From the NCBI GenBank assembly GCA_948438565.1, contig CAOJLW010000001.1, positions 1 through 33,802 on the forward strand: 33,802 bases of DNA, read 5' to 3'. Below are positions 9,352 through 19,100 of the stretch, in pieces (the stretch's first letter is position 1; each line of letters begins with the position of its first letter). The notes under the pieces are model-generated. The model saw only the letters and a program-made list of their open reading frames with translations. It was not told the DNA's origin and ran no database searches. The position numbers and the translations under genes were made by a program. This DNA is from an uncultured Lachnospiraceae bacterium. Lineage in GTDB: Bacteria; Bacillota; Clostridia; Lachnospirales; Lachnospiraceae.

Positions 9352-10327
9352 CTTTATAAATAATCAGAACAGACAGCGGGCCTAACAAAACGCCGGAACC
9401 GCCGTACACCTGCACGCCGATATAAAGGCTCATTAAAACCGCCAACGGCGGAACTCCCAACTGATGCCCAACCATCTTAGGTTCCAAAAGCTGCCGAATC
9501 AGACTACAGACAAAATAAATCCCCACAAAACCCGCCGCATACAGATATTCTCCGGTTAACACTTTAATCAATGCCCACGGCACAAAAATCGTTCCCGTTC
9601 CAAAAAACGGCAGCGCGTCAAAAATCCCCACAAAAATCCCGACCCAAAATGCATAACGGATGCGCAAAATAAATAAACCGGCGATACAGACGGCTGTGAT
9701 AATGCCCATAATGCAAAACTGCGCGCGCAGATAAGCGCCCAAAGCTGTTTTCAATTCCCCAAACATACGTATCGTATATCTGCCCGCCTGTGTTTTTGCA
9801 AAACCGTCCCGAATTGACTCATAGTCGTTTAAAACCAAAAAAGCCGCTACAAACGCCACGAACGTCTTGGCCAACAGACCGACTAGATACCAGCCGGCCT
9901 CCTTGGAATATTGCACCGCTCCGTCTGTCAGTCCGGTCGCTTCCTTGCCTACCGTTCGCTTAATTTCCTCTGTACTGATGCCGGTCATGCCCTCTAAGCC
10001 TTCGCAGCATCGGCCAAGCAGTTCGTCCCCGCTCTCTATCAAGCCATCCAAACGCTCCATAAAGCCGCTGCCCATACAGTAACCCAGATAAAGAATCCCT
10101 GCCACAACCATGCCAACACAGGCTAAAAACACGCCGTATGCCGCTAGGCGCGACACGCTTTTATTGCATCCCGTCTTTTTTTCAAAAAATAATGCCAACG
10201 GATACAAAAGCCTGGCCAATACCAGTGCAATCAAAAACGGCAGAGCTACTGGGAACAGGAATTTCATTCCAACATAGACTGCCGCCACCACAAGGGCAAG
10301 TTTTAAAATTTTATTTCCCATTTCCAT
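9335..10327 (-). CDS. ytvI: AI-2E family permease, YtvI-like sporulation membrane protein
   Basis: ALPFLIA, YLRAQ, DALPFFGTG, RQLLEPK, GPL. Start uncertain (about 10321-10345; ORF track 10432). Confidence 0.75.
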   Translation of the reverse strand: MEMGNKILKLALVVAAVYVGMKFLFPVALPFLIALVLARLLYPLALFFEKKTGCNKSVSRLAAYGVFLACVGMVVAGILYLGYCMGSGFMERLDGLIESGDELLGRCCEGLEGMTGISTEEIKRTVGKEATGLTDGAVQYSKEAGWYLVGLLAKTFVAFVAAFLVLNDYESIRDGFAKTQAGRYTIRMFGELKTALGAYLRAQFCIMGIITAVCIAGLFILRIRYAFWVGIFVGIFDALPFFGTGTIFVPWALIKVLTGEYLYAAGFVGIYFVCSLIRQLLEPKMVGHQLGVPPLAVLMSLYIGVQVYGGSGVLLGPLSVLIIYKVYKFL

Positions 10328-10391
10328 ATTTATATTCATCATCATGGGAAAATTGTTTGTCGATTGATCCTGTTTTATGCGCAGGCAAATC

Positions 10392-11060
10392 CTACAATAA
10401 TTGGAAGGCCGGGTTTTTCGGCTTTGTCTCAAATACCATTTTTTGTTTTGTCTGCGGATGCATAAAAATAATTTTTGAAGAACAAAGCGCTAATTGCCGC
10501 CCTTGCGCTGCCGTCCCGCCATATTTGCAATCGCCGAGAATCGGCATATTTGCGTGCGCAAGCTGTACCCGGATTTGATGATGCCTGCCGGTCTTAAGCA
10601 AAATCCAAAGCTCGGCCATCCCTGGTCTGGCGCGCAAAACCTGATAATGCAGGATCGCTTGTTTGGCTCCCTTCACGCTGGCCTCTGCCACACGGGAATA
10701 ATTCGTCCTGCCGTCCCGAAGCAGATAATCGGTCAAATCCCCTGTTTCCCCCGGAATAAGCGGACGATCCTGCGCAACCACAACGGCACGATAATACTTC
10801 TCCATATCCGGACTGTTTAATCCATCGCTCAGCGCCGCTGCCGCCCGTTTTGTCTTTGCAGCCAACAGCAGACCCTCTACCGGCTGATCCAGACGATTGA
10901 TCAACGCAAGATAGGGTTCTTCCCGTTTCTGTGCCCGGTAATTTTTCAATCGACTCACCACATCCTCCTGACCGAATCGCCTTGTCTGTGCGGCTAAACC
11001 GCCGGGCTTATGAAATACAATCAGCTGTTCGTCCTCGTATACAATTCCTTCCATAGCCAT
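10392..11060 (-). CDS. RluA-family pseudouridine synthase
   Basis: HKPGG, NRLDQPVEG (catalytic Asp), TGRHHQIRVQ, PILGDCKYG. Likely start at 11060, right after the regulator stop. Confidence 0.92.
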   Translation of the reverse strand: MAMEGIVYEDEQLIVFHKPGGLAAQTRRFGQEDVVSRLKNYRAQKREEPYLALINRLDQPVEGLLLAAKTKRAAAALSDGLNSPDMEKYYRAVVVAQDRPLIPGETGDLTDYLLRDGRTNYSRVAEASVKGAKQAILHYQVLRARPGMAELWILLKTGRHHQIRVQLAHANMPILGDCKYGGTAAQGRQLALCSSKIIFMHPQTKQKMVFETKPKNPAFQLL

Positions 11061-11061
11061 T

Positions 11062-11751
11062 TTACACCTTAAACCGGTATCCCACGCCCCAGATTGTCTC
11101 AATATACTGCGGTTTGGCCGTATTAATTTCAATCTTTTCACGGATTTTCTTGATATGTACCGTGACCGTCGCAATATCGCCAATTGACTCCATATCCCAA
11201 ATTTCCCGGAACAGCTCTTCTTTGGTAAATACGTGATTCGGGTTTTCCGCCAGAAATGTCAGCAGATCAAATTCCTTCGTCGTAAATTGCTTTTCCTCGT
11301 CATGGATCCAGACCCGGCGCGCCGTCTTATCAATTTTAATTCCCCGGATTTCGATTACGTCATTGGCTGGCTGGCTGCTGCCAATCAGACGCTCATAACG
11401 CGCCAGATGCGCTTTTACCCTTGCCACCAGCTCGCTTGGAGAAAACGGCTTCGTAATATAGTCGTCCGCTCCAAGTCCCAGTCCGCGTATCTTGTCAATA
11501 TCGTCCTTTTTTGCGGAAACCATCAAAATGGGCGTATTTTTTACTTCACGAATCTGCTTGCAAATCTCAAAACCATCCACTCCCGGCAGCATCAAATCCA
11601 AAATATACATATCAAACTCCTCGTGCAAGGCCCGATCTAAACCCACATCTCCGGAGTTTTCCACTTCTACTTGAAAACCGCTTAATTCCAGATAGTCCTT
11701 TTCTAAATCTGCTATTGCCACTTCATCCTCAATAATCAATACTTTACTCAT
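11062..11751 (-). CDS. OmpR/PhoB-family response regulator
   Basis: IIEDE, LDLMLP, GADDYITKPF, winged-helix end IETIWGVGY. Confidence 0.95.
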   Translation of the reverse strand: MSKVLIIEDEVAIADLEKDYLELSGFQVEVENSGDVGLDRALHEEFDMYILDLMLPGVDGFEICKQIREVKNTPILMVSAKKDDIDKIRGLGLGADDYITKPFSPSELVARVKAHLARYERLIGSSQPANDVIEIRGIKIDKTARRVWIHDEEKQFTTKEFDLLTFLAENPNHVFTKEELFREIWDMESIGDIATVTVHIKKIREKIEINTAKPQYIETIWGVGYRFKV

Positions 11752-13234
11752 CCTGAATAACCTCCTGATATTTCCGAATCACAAAATACATCACGGTCCC
11801 TACAGACTCTTTACTCGCCACCCAGATCTTACCGCCATGATCTTCTACAATCTTCTTGACAATGGATAGGCCAATGCCGCTGCCCCCGGTAGCCGAATTC
11901 CGGGAAGCGTCCGCCCGGTAAAACCGTTCAAAGACATACGGCAAATCCTTGGCTGCAATCCCCTGCCCGTTATCTTCAATCTCCACCTGAATAAAATCAC
12001 CTACATCCTTAATCCTAATATTGATCAACCCCTGTTTTTTATCGAGATATTTTACGGAATTGCCAATAATATTATTTACGACGCGCTTTAACTGTTCCGG
12101 ATCCGCAATAATCATCACATCGTTGTCTACATAGTTAAAATAGGCCAGTCCGATATGCTTTGTCTCCAAATCCATACCGATTTCCTCGATGCAGTCATTG
12201 AAATACGCCGCCACATTGATCCGATTAAAATTATATGGGATTCGATTGGTATCAATTTTGGCGTACAAAGTAAGCTCATTGAGCAGGGCGTCCATCTCAT
12301 TGGCCTTGCTGTTGATTGTTTTTAGATATTTTTCCCGTTTCTCCGGCGTATCCGCCACGCCGTCCAACAAACCCTCCGAATACCCTTTTACGGTGGTGAT
12401 CGGGGTTTTTAAATCGTGGGCAATATTGCTGATCAATTCCCGGTTTTCCTGTTCTCCAGCCATCTGCTTTTCAAACGATTCTTTTAACCGTTTGCGCATT
12501 TCTTCAAAATGGGCGCACAGATCGCTGATTTCATCATTGCCTTCCGTCTCAATCGTAAAATCCAGATTGCCCTGTTTTATATTGAGCGTAGCAGTCTCGA
12601 GCTTTTTAATCGGACGGATAATCCCTCTATATATCCAGATAATCAGCATCGCCGCCGTCAAAACCAAGATCACAAGCACGGATATGCAGCCATCCAGCAG
12701 CAGGCTTTGTACTTCCGGCAACATCCCATAGGCAGTCGTTACAATAAAAACGCTGCCCCTTACTCCATCCGTAAATGCAAAATCAATCTGTTTGATCAAG
12801 AGTTCTTCATCGCCGTCCACATAAGTTCCGGATATAGCGGCCGGCTCCGTCTCTCCATATCCCGGCAGATCGCTTTCCTGCAGACGCAAGGACTCATCTC
12901 CCCGATAGATCAGCGTTTCCTCCTTACGGACAAGCAGGGAGGAATATTTTTCATGAAGCTGCCGATTGATTCGTTCCAAAAAGATTGGATCCTGAAACTG
13001 ATCCGGATCCTGTTTCACCTCTTGCAACAGATATTCGTAATTTTTCTTTGTAAAACGATTCAAAAGCTGCATCGAATTCGTCAGGTAATTAAAATTGCCC
13101 TCCTCCAGTCCATACGTCTTTTCAATCGCTTTCATCTGAAACTGCTGAAATGCAAACAATACAAACACCGCCAAAAAAATCGGCACAAAAATAATAATGC
13201 AAAAAGAAATCGTAAGCCTAGTCTTTAATTTCAT
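11744..13234 (-). CDS. Membrane HAMP-domain sensor histidine kinase
   Basis: Two TM helices, HAMP, H-box AHDLKTPIT, N-box NSVKY, DNGQGI, FERFYR, GSGIGL. Confidence 0.95.
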   Translation of the reverse strand: MKLKTRLTISFCIIIFVPIFLAVFVLFAFQQFQMKAIEKTYGLEEGNFNYLTNSMQLLNRFTKKNYEYLLQEVKQDPDQFQDPIFLERINRQLHEKYSSLLVRKEETLIYRGDESLRLQESDLPGYGETEPAAISGTYVDGDEELLIKQIDFAFTDGVRGSVFIVTTAYGMLPEVQSLLLDGCISVLVILVLTAAMLIIWIYRGIIRPIKKLETATLNIKQGNLDFTIETEGNDEISDLCAHFEEMRKRLKESFEKQMAGEQENRELISNIAHDLKTPITTVKGYSEGLLDGVADTPEKREKYLKTINSKANEMDALLNELTLYAKIDTNRIPYNFNRINVAAYFNDCIEEIGMDLETKHIGLAYFNYVDNDVMIIADPEQLKRVVNNIIGNSVKYLDKKQGLINIRIKDVGDFIQVEIEDNGQGIAAKDLPYVFERFYRADASRNSATGGSGIGLSIVKKIVEDHGGKIWVASKESVGTVMYFVIRKYQEVIQDE

Positions 13235-13252
13235 AAAGAAATCCTTTCCTAG

Positions 13253-13292
13253 TAAAACAAAAAACCATAGGGGTTTTTTTACCCCTATGGTT
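13253..13292 (-). terminator. Intrinsic terminator after metK
   Basis: 11-bp stem AACCATAGGGG/CCCCTATGGTT followed by a U-rich tail on the minus strand. Confidence 0.8.
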
Positions 13293-13293
13293 C

Positions 13294-13357
13294 ATTATAA
13301 CATGAATTTAAACTTTTCTTATAAAAAAACGAAAAGATATTCTAAACTTTTCATAAA
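13294..13357 (-). promoter_or_regulatory. Extended -10 promoter with direct repeats upstream of the two-component operon
   Basis: TGTTATAAT at 13294-13302. Perfect GAAAAGTTTA repeats at 13309-13318 and 13343-13352. Confidence 0.55.
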
Positions 13358-13362
13358 CCCGT

Positions 13363-14550
13363 TTACAGATAAGCCTGCAACGCTTCCACTTTATCGAGCG
13401 CTTCCCATGGCAGATCCAGATCATTGCGCCCAAAATGCCCGTATGCGGCTGTCTGCTGATAGATCGGACGCCTTAAATCCAACATTTTGATAATCCCGGC
13501 GGGACGAAGGTCAAAGTTTTCACGGACAATTTCCACAAGCCTTTCATCCGGCAGTTTCCCTGTCCCAAACGTATCCACCATAACGGAAGTCGGCTGCGCA
13601 ACGCCAATCGCATAGGATAACTGGATTTCACATTTTTCGGCCAATCCCGCAGCAACCATATTTTTTGCGACATACCGCGCCGCATATGCAGCGGATCGAT
13701 CGACTTTCGTACAATCCTTGCCCGAAAACGCGCCGCCGCCGTGTCGCGCATATCCGCCGTATGTATCTACGATAATCTTACGACCAGTCAATCCTGCGTC
13801 TCCCTGCGGCCCGCCGATCACAAAACGTCCAGTCGGATTGATAAAGATTTTCGTGTCGCTGTCTACCATCTCTGCCGGCAACACTGGATCCAATACGTAC
13901 TTTTTAATGTCTGCATGGATTCTTTCCTGGGAAACCTGTTCGTCATGCTGTGTAGAGATAACCACGGCCTCCAGGCGGCACGGTTTCCCATCCTCGCCGT
14001 ATTCCACGGATACCTGAGACTTGCCGTCCGGCCTCAGATACGCCAAAGAGCCGTCCTGACGAACCTTCGTCAGCTGCTGCGCCAACCTATGCGCCAGGGC
14101 AATCGGATAGGGCATATACTCTTCTGTTTCATTGACCGCATAGCCAAACATCATTCCCTGATCGCCTGCGCCAATCGCCTCAATTTGCGCGTCTGTCATT
14201 TTATTTTCTTTGGCCTCCAACGCCTGATCGACGCCCATGGCAATATCCGGCGACTGCTTATCCAGCGCAACCATCACCGCGCAGGTATGTCCGTCAAAAC
14301 CCTTAGCGGAACTATCATAGCCGATTTCTAAAATCGTCTTTCTGGCGATCGCCTGAATGTCCAGATTGGCCTTGGTGGTCATCTCTCCGGTCACCAGCAC
14401 AAATCCTGTACAGGTCGCCGTTTCACAAGCTACGCGGCTCATTGGATCCTGTTCCATGCACGCATCTAAAATCGCGTCTGAAATTGCATCGCAGATTTTG
14501 TCTGGATGTCCCTCTGTTACCGATTCGGATGTAAATAATCTTTTTTCCAT
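13363..14550 (-). CDS. metK: S-adenosylmethionine synthetase
   Basis: [42 protein letters not shown]. Confidence 0.99.
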   Translation of the reverse strand: MEKRLFTSESVTEGHPDKICDAISDAILDACMEQDPMSRVACETATCTGFVLVTGEMTTKANLDIQAIARKTILEIGYDSSAKGFDGHTCAVMVALDKQSPDIAMGVDQALEAKENKMTDAQIEAIGAGDQGMMFGYAVNETEEYMPYPIALAHRLAQQLTKVRQDGSLAYLRPDGKSQVSVEYGEDGKPCRLEAVVISTQHDEQVSQERIHADIKKYVLDPVLPAEMVDSDTKIFINPTGRFVIGGPQGDAGLTGRKIIVDTYGGYARHGGGAFSGKDCTKVDRSAAYAARYVAKNMVAAGLAEKCEIQLSYAIGVAQPTSVMVDTFGTGKLPDERLVEIVRENFDLRPAGIIKMLDLRRPIYQQTAAYGHFGRNDLDLPWEALDKVEALQAYL

Positions 14551-14651
14551 TTATGGTTCTCCTCTCCATAATTTGACTATTGATTTTTAATCCAAACATT
14601 GCTTTCTTCTTCCTACTTGGCTACGCCGAACGCTGCCGCTGCAAGATATGT

Positions 14652-14687
14652 AAAAATAAAAAAATCCGCTTTTAAAAATAAGCGGAT
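14652..14687 (-). terminator. Riboswitch-controlled terminator in the metK leader
   Basis: ATCCGCTT/AAGCGGAT stem plus U-run. Its 5' arm can pair alternatively with the 3' strand of P1. Confidence 0.85.
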
Positions 14688-14709
14688 CGGACTTTTGCAA
14701 CCGTAAATC

Positions 14710-14807
14710 CTCTTATTGTTCGATTCTTCGCTCAGGTTGGCACCTTCCTTTACAGGGGTTGCCGTGACTTCACAGATCCTATGTATCTCCATCACTCTGA
14801 ATAAGAG
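14710..14807 (-). ncRNA. SAM-I (S-box) riboswitch
   Basis: P1 CUCUUAUU/AAUAAGAG, AGAG, kink-turn GGA...UGA, GGCAACC...GGUGCCAA; located upstream of metK. Confidence 0.92.
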
Positions 14808-14855
14808 AAAGCTATATGATTGAATTTTAAATCGTATGAATACTTTGCACCCACA

Positions 14856-14884
14856 AGGTTACGCCTTTTTTTATCATTTGTCAA
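14856..14884 (-). promoter_or_regulatory. SigA-type promoter for SAM riboswitch-metK
   Basis: TTGACA-17 nt-TAACCT. Confidence 0.65.
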
Positions 14885-14912
14885 GTTTTTTATATCTATT
14901 CCCGAATACCCA

Positions 14913-14941
14913 TTGCGAAAAATTCAGATTTGTTTTATAAT
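14913..14941 (+). promoter_or_regulatory. SigA-type promoter for the HD-GYP gene (divergent from metK)
   Basis: TTGCGA-17 nt-TATAAT. Confidence 0.65.
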
Positions 14942-14998
14942 TCAGTTAATTCATTTGACTTTTCATGCCCAATGCATGATCAAAAGGGAGTGTTCCAT

Positions 14999-16084
14999 AT
15001 GCAGACAATACAAACTACACAATTAAAAGACGGTATGGTTACCGCCTTACCGGTCCTAACCAAACACGGACAATTAATCGTGGACGCAGGCATTACACTA
15101 AGCAATCCATTGATTACGCGCATTCGATTTTATGGCATTGACAGTATTCAAATCCACGATTTTGTGGAACCGGAATTCCATATAGCGACAGGCGTGACAG
15201 AGCCGTCCTATTCCCAACAGATTCGGAATTCCCCTCAGTTTTTGAGTTTCCAGATTGCCTATGCCGAGTCTACCAAAGCATTAAAAGAGATTATTGCAGC
15301 GGCCGTTCCTGAAAACGGCAGCCTGGATACCGAAGCGCTGTACCAGACCGTGCAGACTTTACTGCTGAAAGCGCCCACCTCCATCGAAATGTTTGATATT
15401 TTACATAATATGCGCACGGTAGGCGACAGCATTTATGCACATTCATTAAACGTCGCTTTGATTTCCGGTATGATGGGTAAGTGGCTCAAAATGCCTGCCA
15501 AGGATTTTAAGGTTTTAATGCTTGCCGCCTTATTGCACGATATTGGCAAAACACGGATTCCGCCGGAGGTATTAGACAAGCCGGGCAAATATACCGATGA
15601 AGAATTTGACCTTGTACAGCGTCACCCCATATTCGGTTACAACCTCCTGCTCCACCACGAACAACTCGATCCCCGTATCAAAACTGCAGCCCTTATGCAC
15701 CATGAACGCTGCGACGGCAAAGGATATCCAAAAGGTTTAATGGGTGAAGAAATCGACGATTTTGCACAGATTATTGCGATTGCAGACGTTTATGACGCCA
15801 TGACCGCTACGAGATCCTACCGCGCTCCGCTTTGTCCGTTCCAGGCAATCGCAGATTTTGAACTGGGAGGATTGCAGAAATACAACCCCAAATTTATCCT
15901 GATCTTTTTGGAACGTATCGCATACACTTATCAAAACAACCGCGTCCTGCTGACCGATGGCCGGGAAGCCAAGATTATCATGCTCAACAAACAATTTTTG
16001 TCCCGACCGGTTGTAGAAGTTGCGGACGGCACTTGTATCGATTTATCCCGTATGCCGTATTTGCGCATCAAAGCGCTGGCATAG
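14999..16084 (+). CDS. HD-GYP domain cyclic-dinucleotide phosphodiesterase
   Basis: HSLNV, LLHDIGK, HHERCDGKGYPKG, IADVYDAMT..RSYR. Likely start ATG at 14999 after AGGGAG. Confidence 0.92.
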   Translation: MQTIQTTQLKDGMVTALPVLTKHGQLIVDAGITLSNPLITRIRFYGIDSIQIHDFVEPEFHIATGVTEPSYSQQIRNSPQFLSFQIAYAESTKALKEIIAAAVPENGSLDTEALYQTVQTLLLKAPTSIEMFDILHNMRTVGDSIYAHSLNVALISGMMGKWLKMPAKDFKVLMLAALLHDIGKTRIPPEVLDKPGKYTDEEFDLVQRHPIFGYNLLLHHEQLDPRIKTAALMHHERCDGKGYPKGLMGEEIDDFAQIIAIADVYDAMTATRSYRAPLCPFQAIADFELGGLQKYNPKFILIFLERIAYTYQNNRVLLTDGREAKIIMLNKQFLSRPVVEVADGTCIDLSRMPYLRIKALA

Positions 16085-16101
16085 CGGTTAGCGTCTATGA
16101 T

Positions 16102-16134
16102 AAACCCCCCGGAAAGCTTCCGGGGGGGTTTTTT
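16102..16134. terminator. Likely bidirectional terminator between the convergent HD-GYP and sialidase genes
   Basis: CCCCCCGGAA-agc-TTCCGGGGGG stem with a T-run after and a short A-run before. Confidence 0.85.
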
Positions 16135-16139
16135 ATCTC

Positions 16140-19100
16140 TTATTTTACTTTGACAGAACGGGTTGCGCTATATTTTCCGTATACCTTTAAACCATCATAG
16201 GTTTTATAAGCCCGTACGCGGAAATAGTATTTCTGATTGCTCTTTAGCTTCTTCACTGTTTTTTTGACAGTCGTCCCTTTCTTAATCGTGATACGCTTCG
16301 CCTTTTCAAAACAAGACTTGGTCGCATACTGGATGACATAACCGTCCGCGCCTTTTACGCGTTTCCAGCTTAAAGCCGCCTGTTTTTTCTTATTGCTTTT
16401 TACCTTATTCAGAACTACCCTGCCGGCGATAAAGGCCGCTTTATCCATGGATGACGCTGCCTGCTGCATCTGCGCTTTATTTTCCCTGGCTTCTCTTTCT
16501 GCCGCTTCCAACTTAGCCAATGCCTCTCGAACCGCATCCTGCGCCGCTTTGGCTTCCTTCTGCGCCTGTTCTGCCGCCTGCCGGTTACGTTCTGCCTCTA
16601 AAGCGGCGTCTTGCGCCTTCTTTTCCGCCGCTTCCGCCAATGCTTTTGCCTTGTCTGCCGCTTCCTGCGCTGCTTTGGCTGCCGCATCGGCCAGTCTGAT
16701 TGCCTCCTGCTGGAGCAGAATACTGCTCTGCGCTGCCTCAGCCAGGAGCTTTGCCGCTTCCGCTTCCGCTTGAGCCGCCTGTAACGCCGTATCTGCGTCC
16801 TGCGTATCCAAATCCAGGTCTACCGCCGCCTTCATCAGGTTTGTCAAGGCGCTGGAAACGTCATTGTCACTTCCGCTTTCCAGCGCGGTTTTGGCCGCTT
16901 CCAAAGCTGCTTTCAACGCGTCTCTGCTGACCTGCGTATAGGCCGTATTATCTACAAACCCCTGATACGCATCATATACAATTTGCAGCATATATTTTGC
17001 AGCATCTTCCACCGTTGCCGGCACAATACGTTTTAAAGCCTGAAACGCCTCAACGAGATCAGCCGCCAATTTCTGTAATTCCGCAGCATCGGCAGGATCT
17101 TTTGGATGATTGGCCGCTTCATACGCCTTGGTAAATTGTTCCCAGGTAGACGGCGTATAAATCCCTTCCCCAACGCTAATCGTATCCCGTACCTGCTCCA
17201 ATGCCTCGGTCAGATTTTTCTCGGCCTGCTCCAGTTCCGTCAAATAGACAACGGCAACTGTCATCGTCTTTTTATCTGAAGAAACGGTCACAACCGGTTT
17301 GGCGTATTCACTGCCGGATACTACGTTATCCGCCACCTCTGCACGATATGCGTCCGTATCCGTAAACATATAATCGCCATAAGCCGTAAACGTTGTCGTC
17401 GCTTTGTACGAGATATCTGCGGCAAATTTGTCTGTCCCGGATAAAATGTTCTCTCTTCCATTTTCCATAGCGCTCCAAACGGTCTTGGCGCTATACGCAG
17501 CCGACGTAATATCCGCTGCTGGCTCCTCCGCTTCCAAAAGATTGCATATTGCTCCATAATCCCTTGACATACCGTCGGAAACATCCTCGCCGTCATAGAA
17601 CTTAATATCGGCCAGATATCCGAAATCAGACGTAAATCTGGTCTGGTTGGGAGAATCATAATTTTCCCTGGGATTATAGCCAATCGTAAACGGCAGGGAA
17701 CCTGACGGAATCACGGCGGAAGCTTCAGTATTTACCGTAGACTTCACACCGTCTACATAAAAGCCCTGTTTCCCCTGGCCATCGAACAAAATGACGATAT
17801 CCAGCCATTTATTTAAATGATTCGCTGTCACAGTAAATTCCTCAGTCGGCCAGTCAGAGCCATTTTGCATAAACAGCGTCAGCTTGCCATACTTTAACTG
17901 GAATGCATATTGATAACCCTTGGCAAGAATTTCCGCCCGCTCCGAGCTGCCCGCTTTTTTCAGGTAGAGTTTAAATGTCATGGCCAATGCATTGCCCTGG
18001 CCGTGTACGTTAAATTTCGCGTCGCTTGATTGGAGCTGGCCGTTGAATCCCCAAACGCCGTCCATATTGACAATCTCCGTTTCCACTGCTTCATCACGCT
18101 TTTCTAAAATAACCCCGTTTCCTGCCCAGTCACATACTGCCGATCCATGTATCGAACCGGAGTCCCCGGCGGTAATGGACGGGGATTGCGGATATGCGCC
18201 TGCAACCGGAACCGTATACGTCATGCCCGGAGCCGTAATGCTGAGCTCCGCATTGGTCTTTAACCCTGCCAAAGCCGCTTCCAAAGTCTCTCTTGCCTGT
18301 ACCAGTTCAGAATTGTCCGCCTCATCCCTGGCCAGTACGGCTGCCGCGTTTTTCAAAGCTTCCGTAAAGATTGACCATGTTTTATCCGTGTAATCTCCCT
18401 TTTGATCCTTTTTATGCGCATCATATAGCTCCTGTAAATCCGCTCTTGACGTCTGGCTTTCCAATATCGCCGTTTTCTCTTTCAACGTATTCGTCAATGC
18501 CTGCAATGCCATATAACGGGTCTGACTGATATCGATATTGGCATTGTTATATGCGGTGCGAAATGCATTCCAATCCGCTTCCGAATATGCGCCCGTAAGT
18601 CCCGCCGAATAGATTGGGCCTGCTATAGCCAGCGCCCTCTGATGGCTGGCTTCCAATTGATTTCTGACGTAATGCGTATTGTCCAGCGCTTTTTGGAACG
18701 CTTCCAGACAACCGTACATTTCTTTGTTGGTCTGTAAAGCTACATCCTTATCGGCAACCGCTGCGCCAGCGTCAAATGCTGCCTGTAGCTTTGCAATATC
18801 CGCTGCGTCATATAACGGCCTCTTTGCTTCCGTCAGTTCATCCGGCAATTCCAAAAATTCCTGTTTCAAACGTTTATATGCCGCCGCATACGTTATAATT
18901 TCTCTGGTATGCAGTTTGCAGTTGCCGCACGCCACTGCCTGTACGCCATTGACCTCTTCTGTCATAGCTTGCAGCGTCACTGGCGTCTGCACCCACGTAT
19001 GTCCGGTTGCAGGAAGCACGCTTCCCTCGCTTTTTATTTCATTGCAAAGATCGCAGACCTTATCCCCGGTGTAGCCGTCCACATCACAGCTTGGGGCAAT

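Noticed and set aside
12189-13228. Long antisense ORFs (180 and 239 aa) opposite the histidine kinase
   Set aside because: Fully overlapped by a well-supported gene and show no recognisable motifs. The same applies to the other antisense ORFs in the track.
14615-14627. GGCGTAGCCAAGT on the minus strand, resembling a tRNA 5' end/D-arm
   Set aside because: No anticodon arm, T-arm or acceptor pairing follows; probably a chance match.
14613-14795. 60-aa ORF in the metK leader
   Set aside because: It overlaps the SAM aptamer and terminator and has no convincing RBS; RNA structure explains the sequence.
14942-14998. c-di-GMP riboswitch near the HD-GYP gene (also checked in the sialidase leader)
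   Set aside because: No GEMM-type two-hairpin motif with its conserved GCAAA/GNRA-receptor elements was seen.
16393-16930. Plus-strand Ala/Ser/Cys-rich ORFs
   Set aside because: Antisense shadow of the Ala/Glu/Gln helical stalk of the sialidase.
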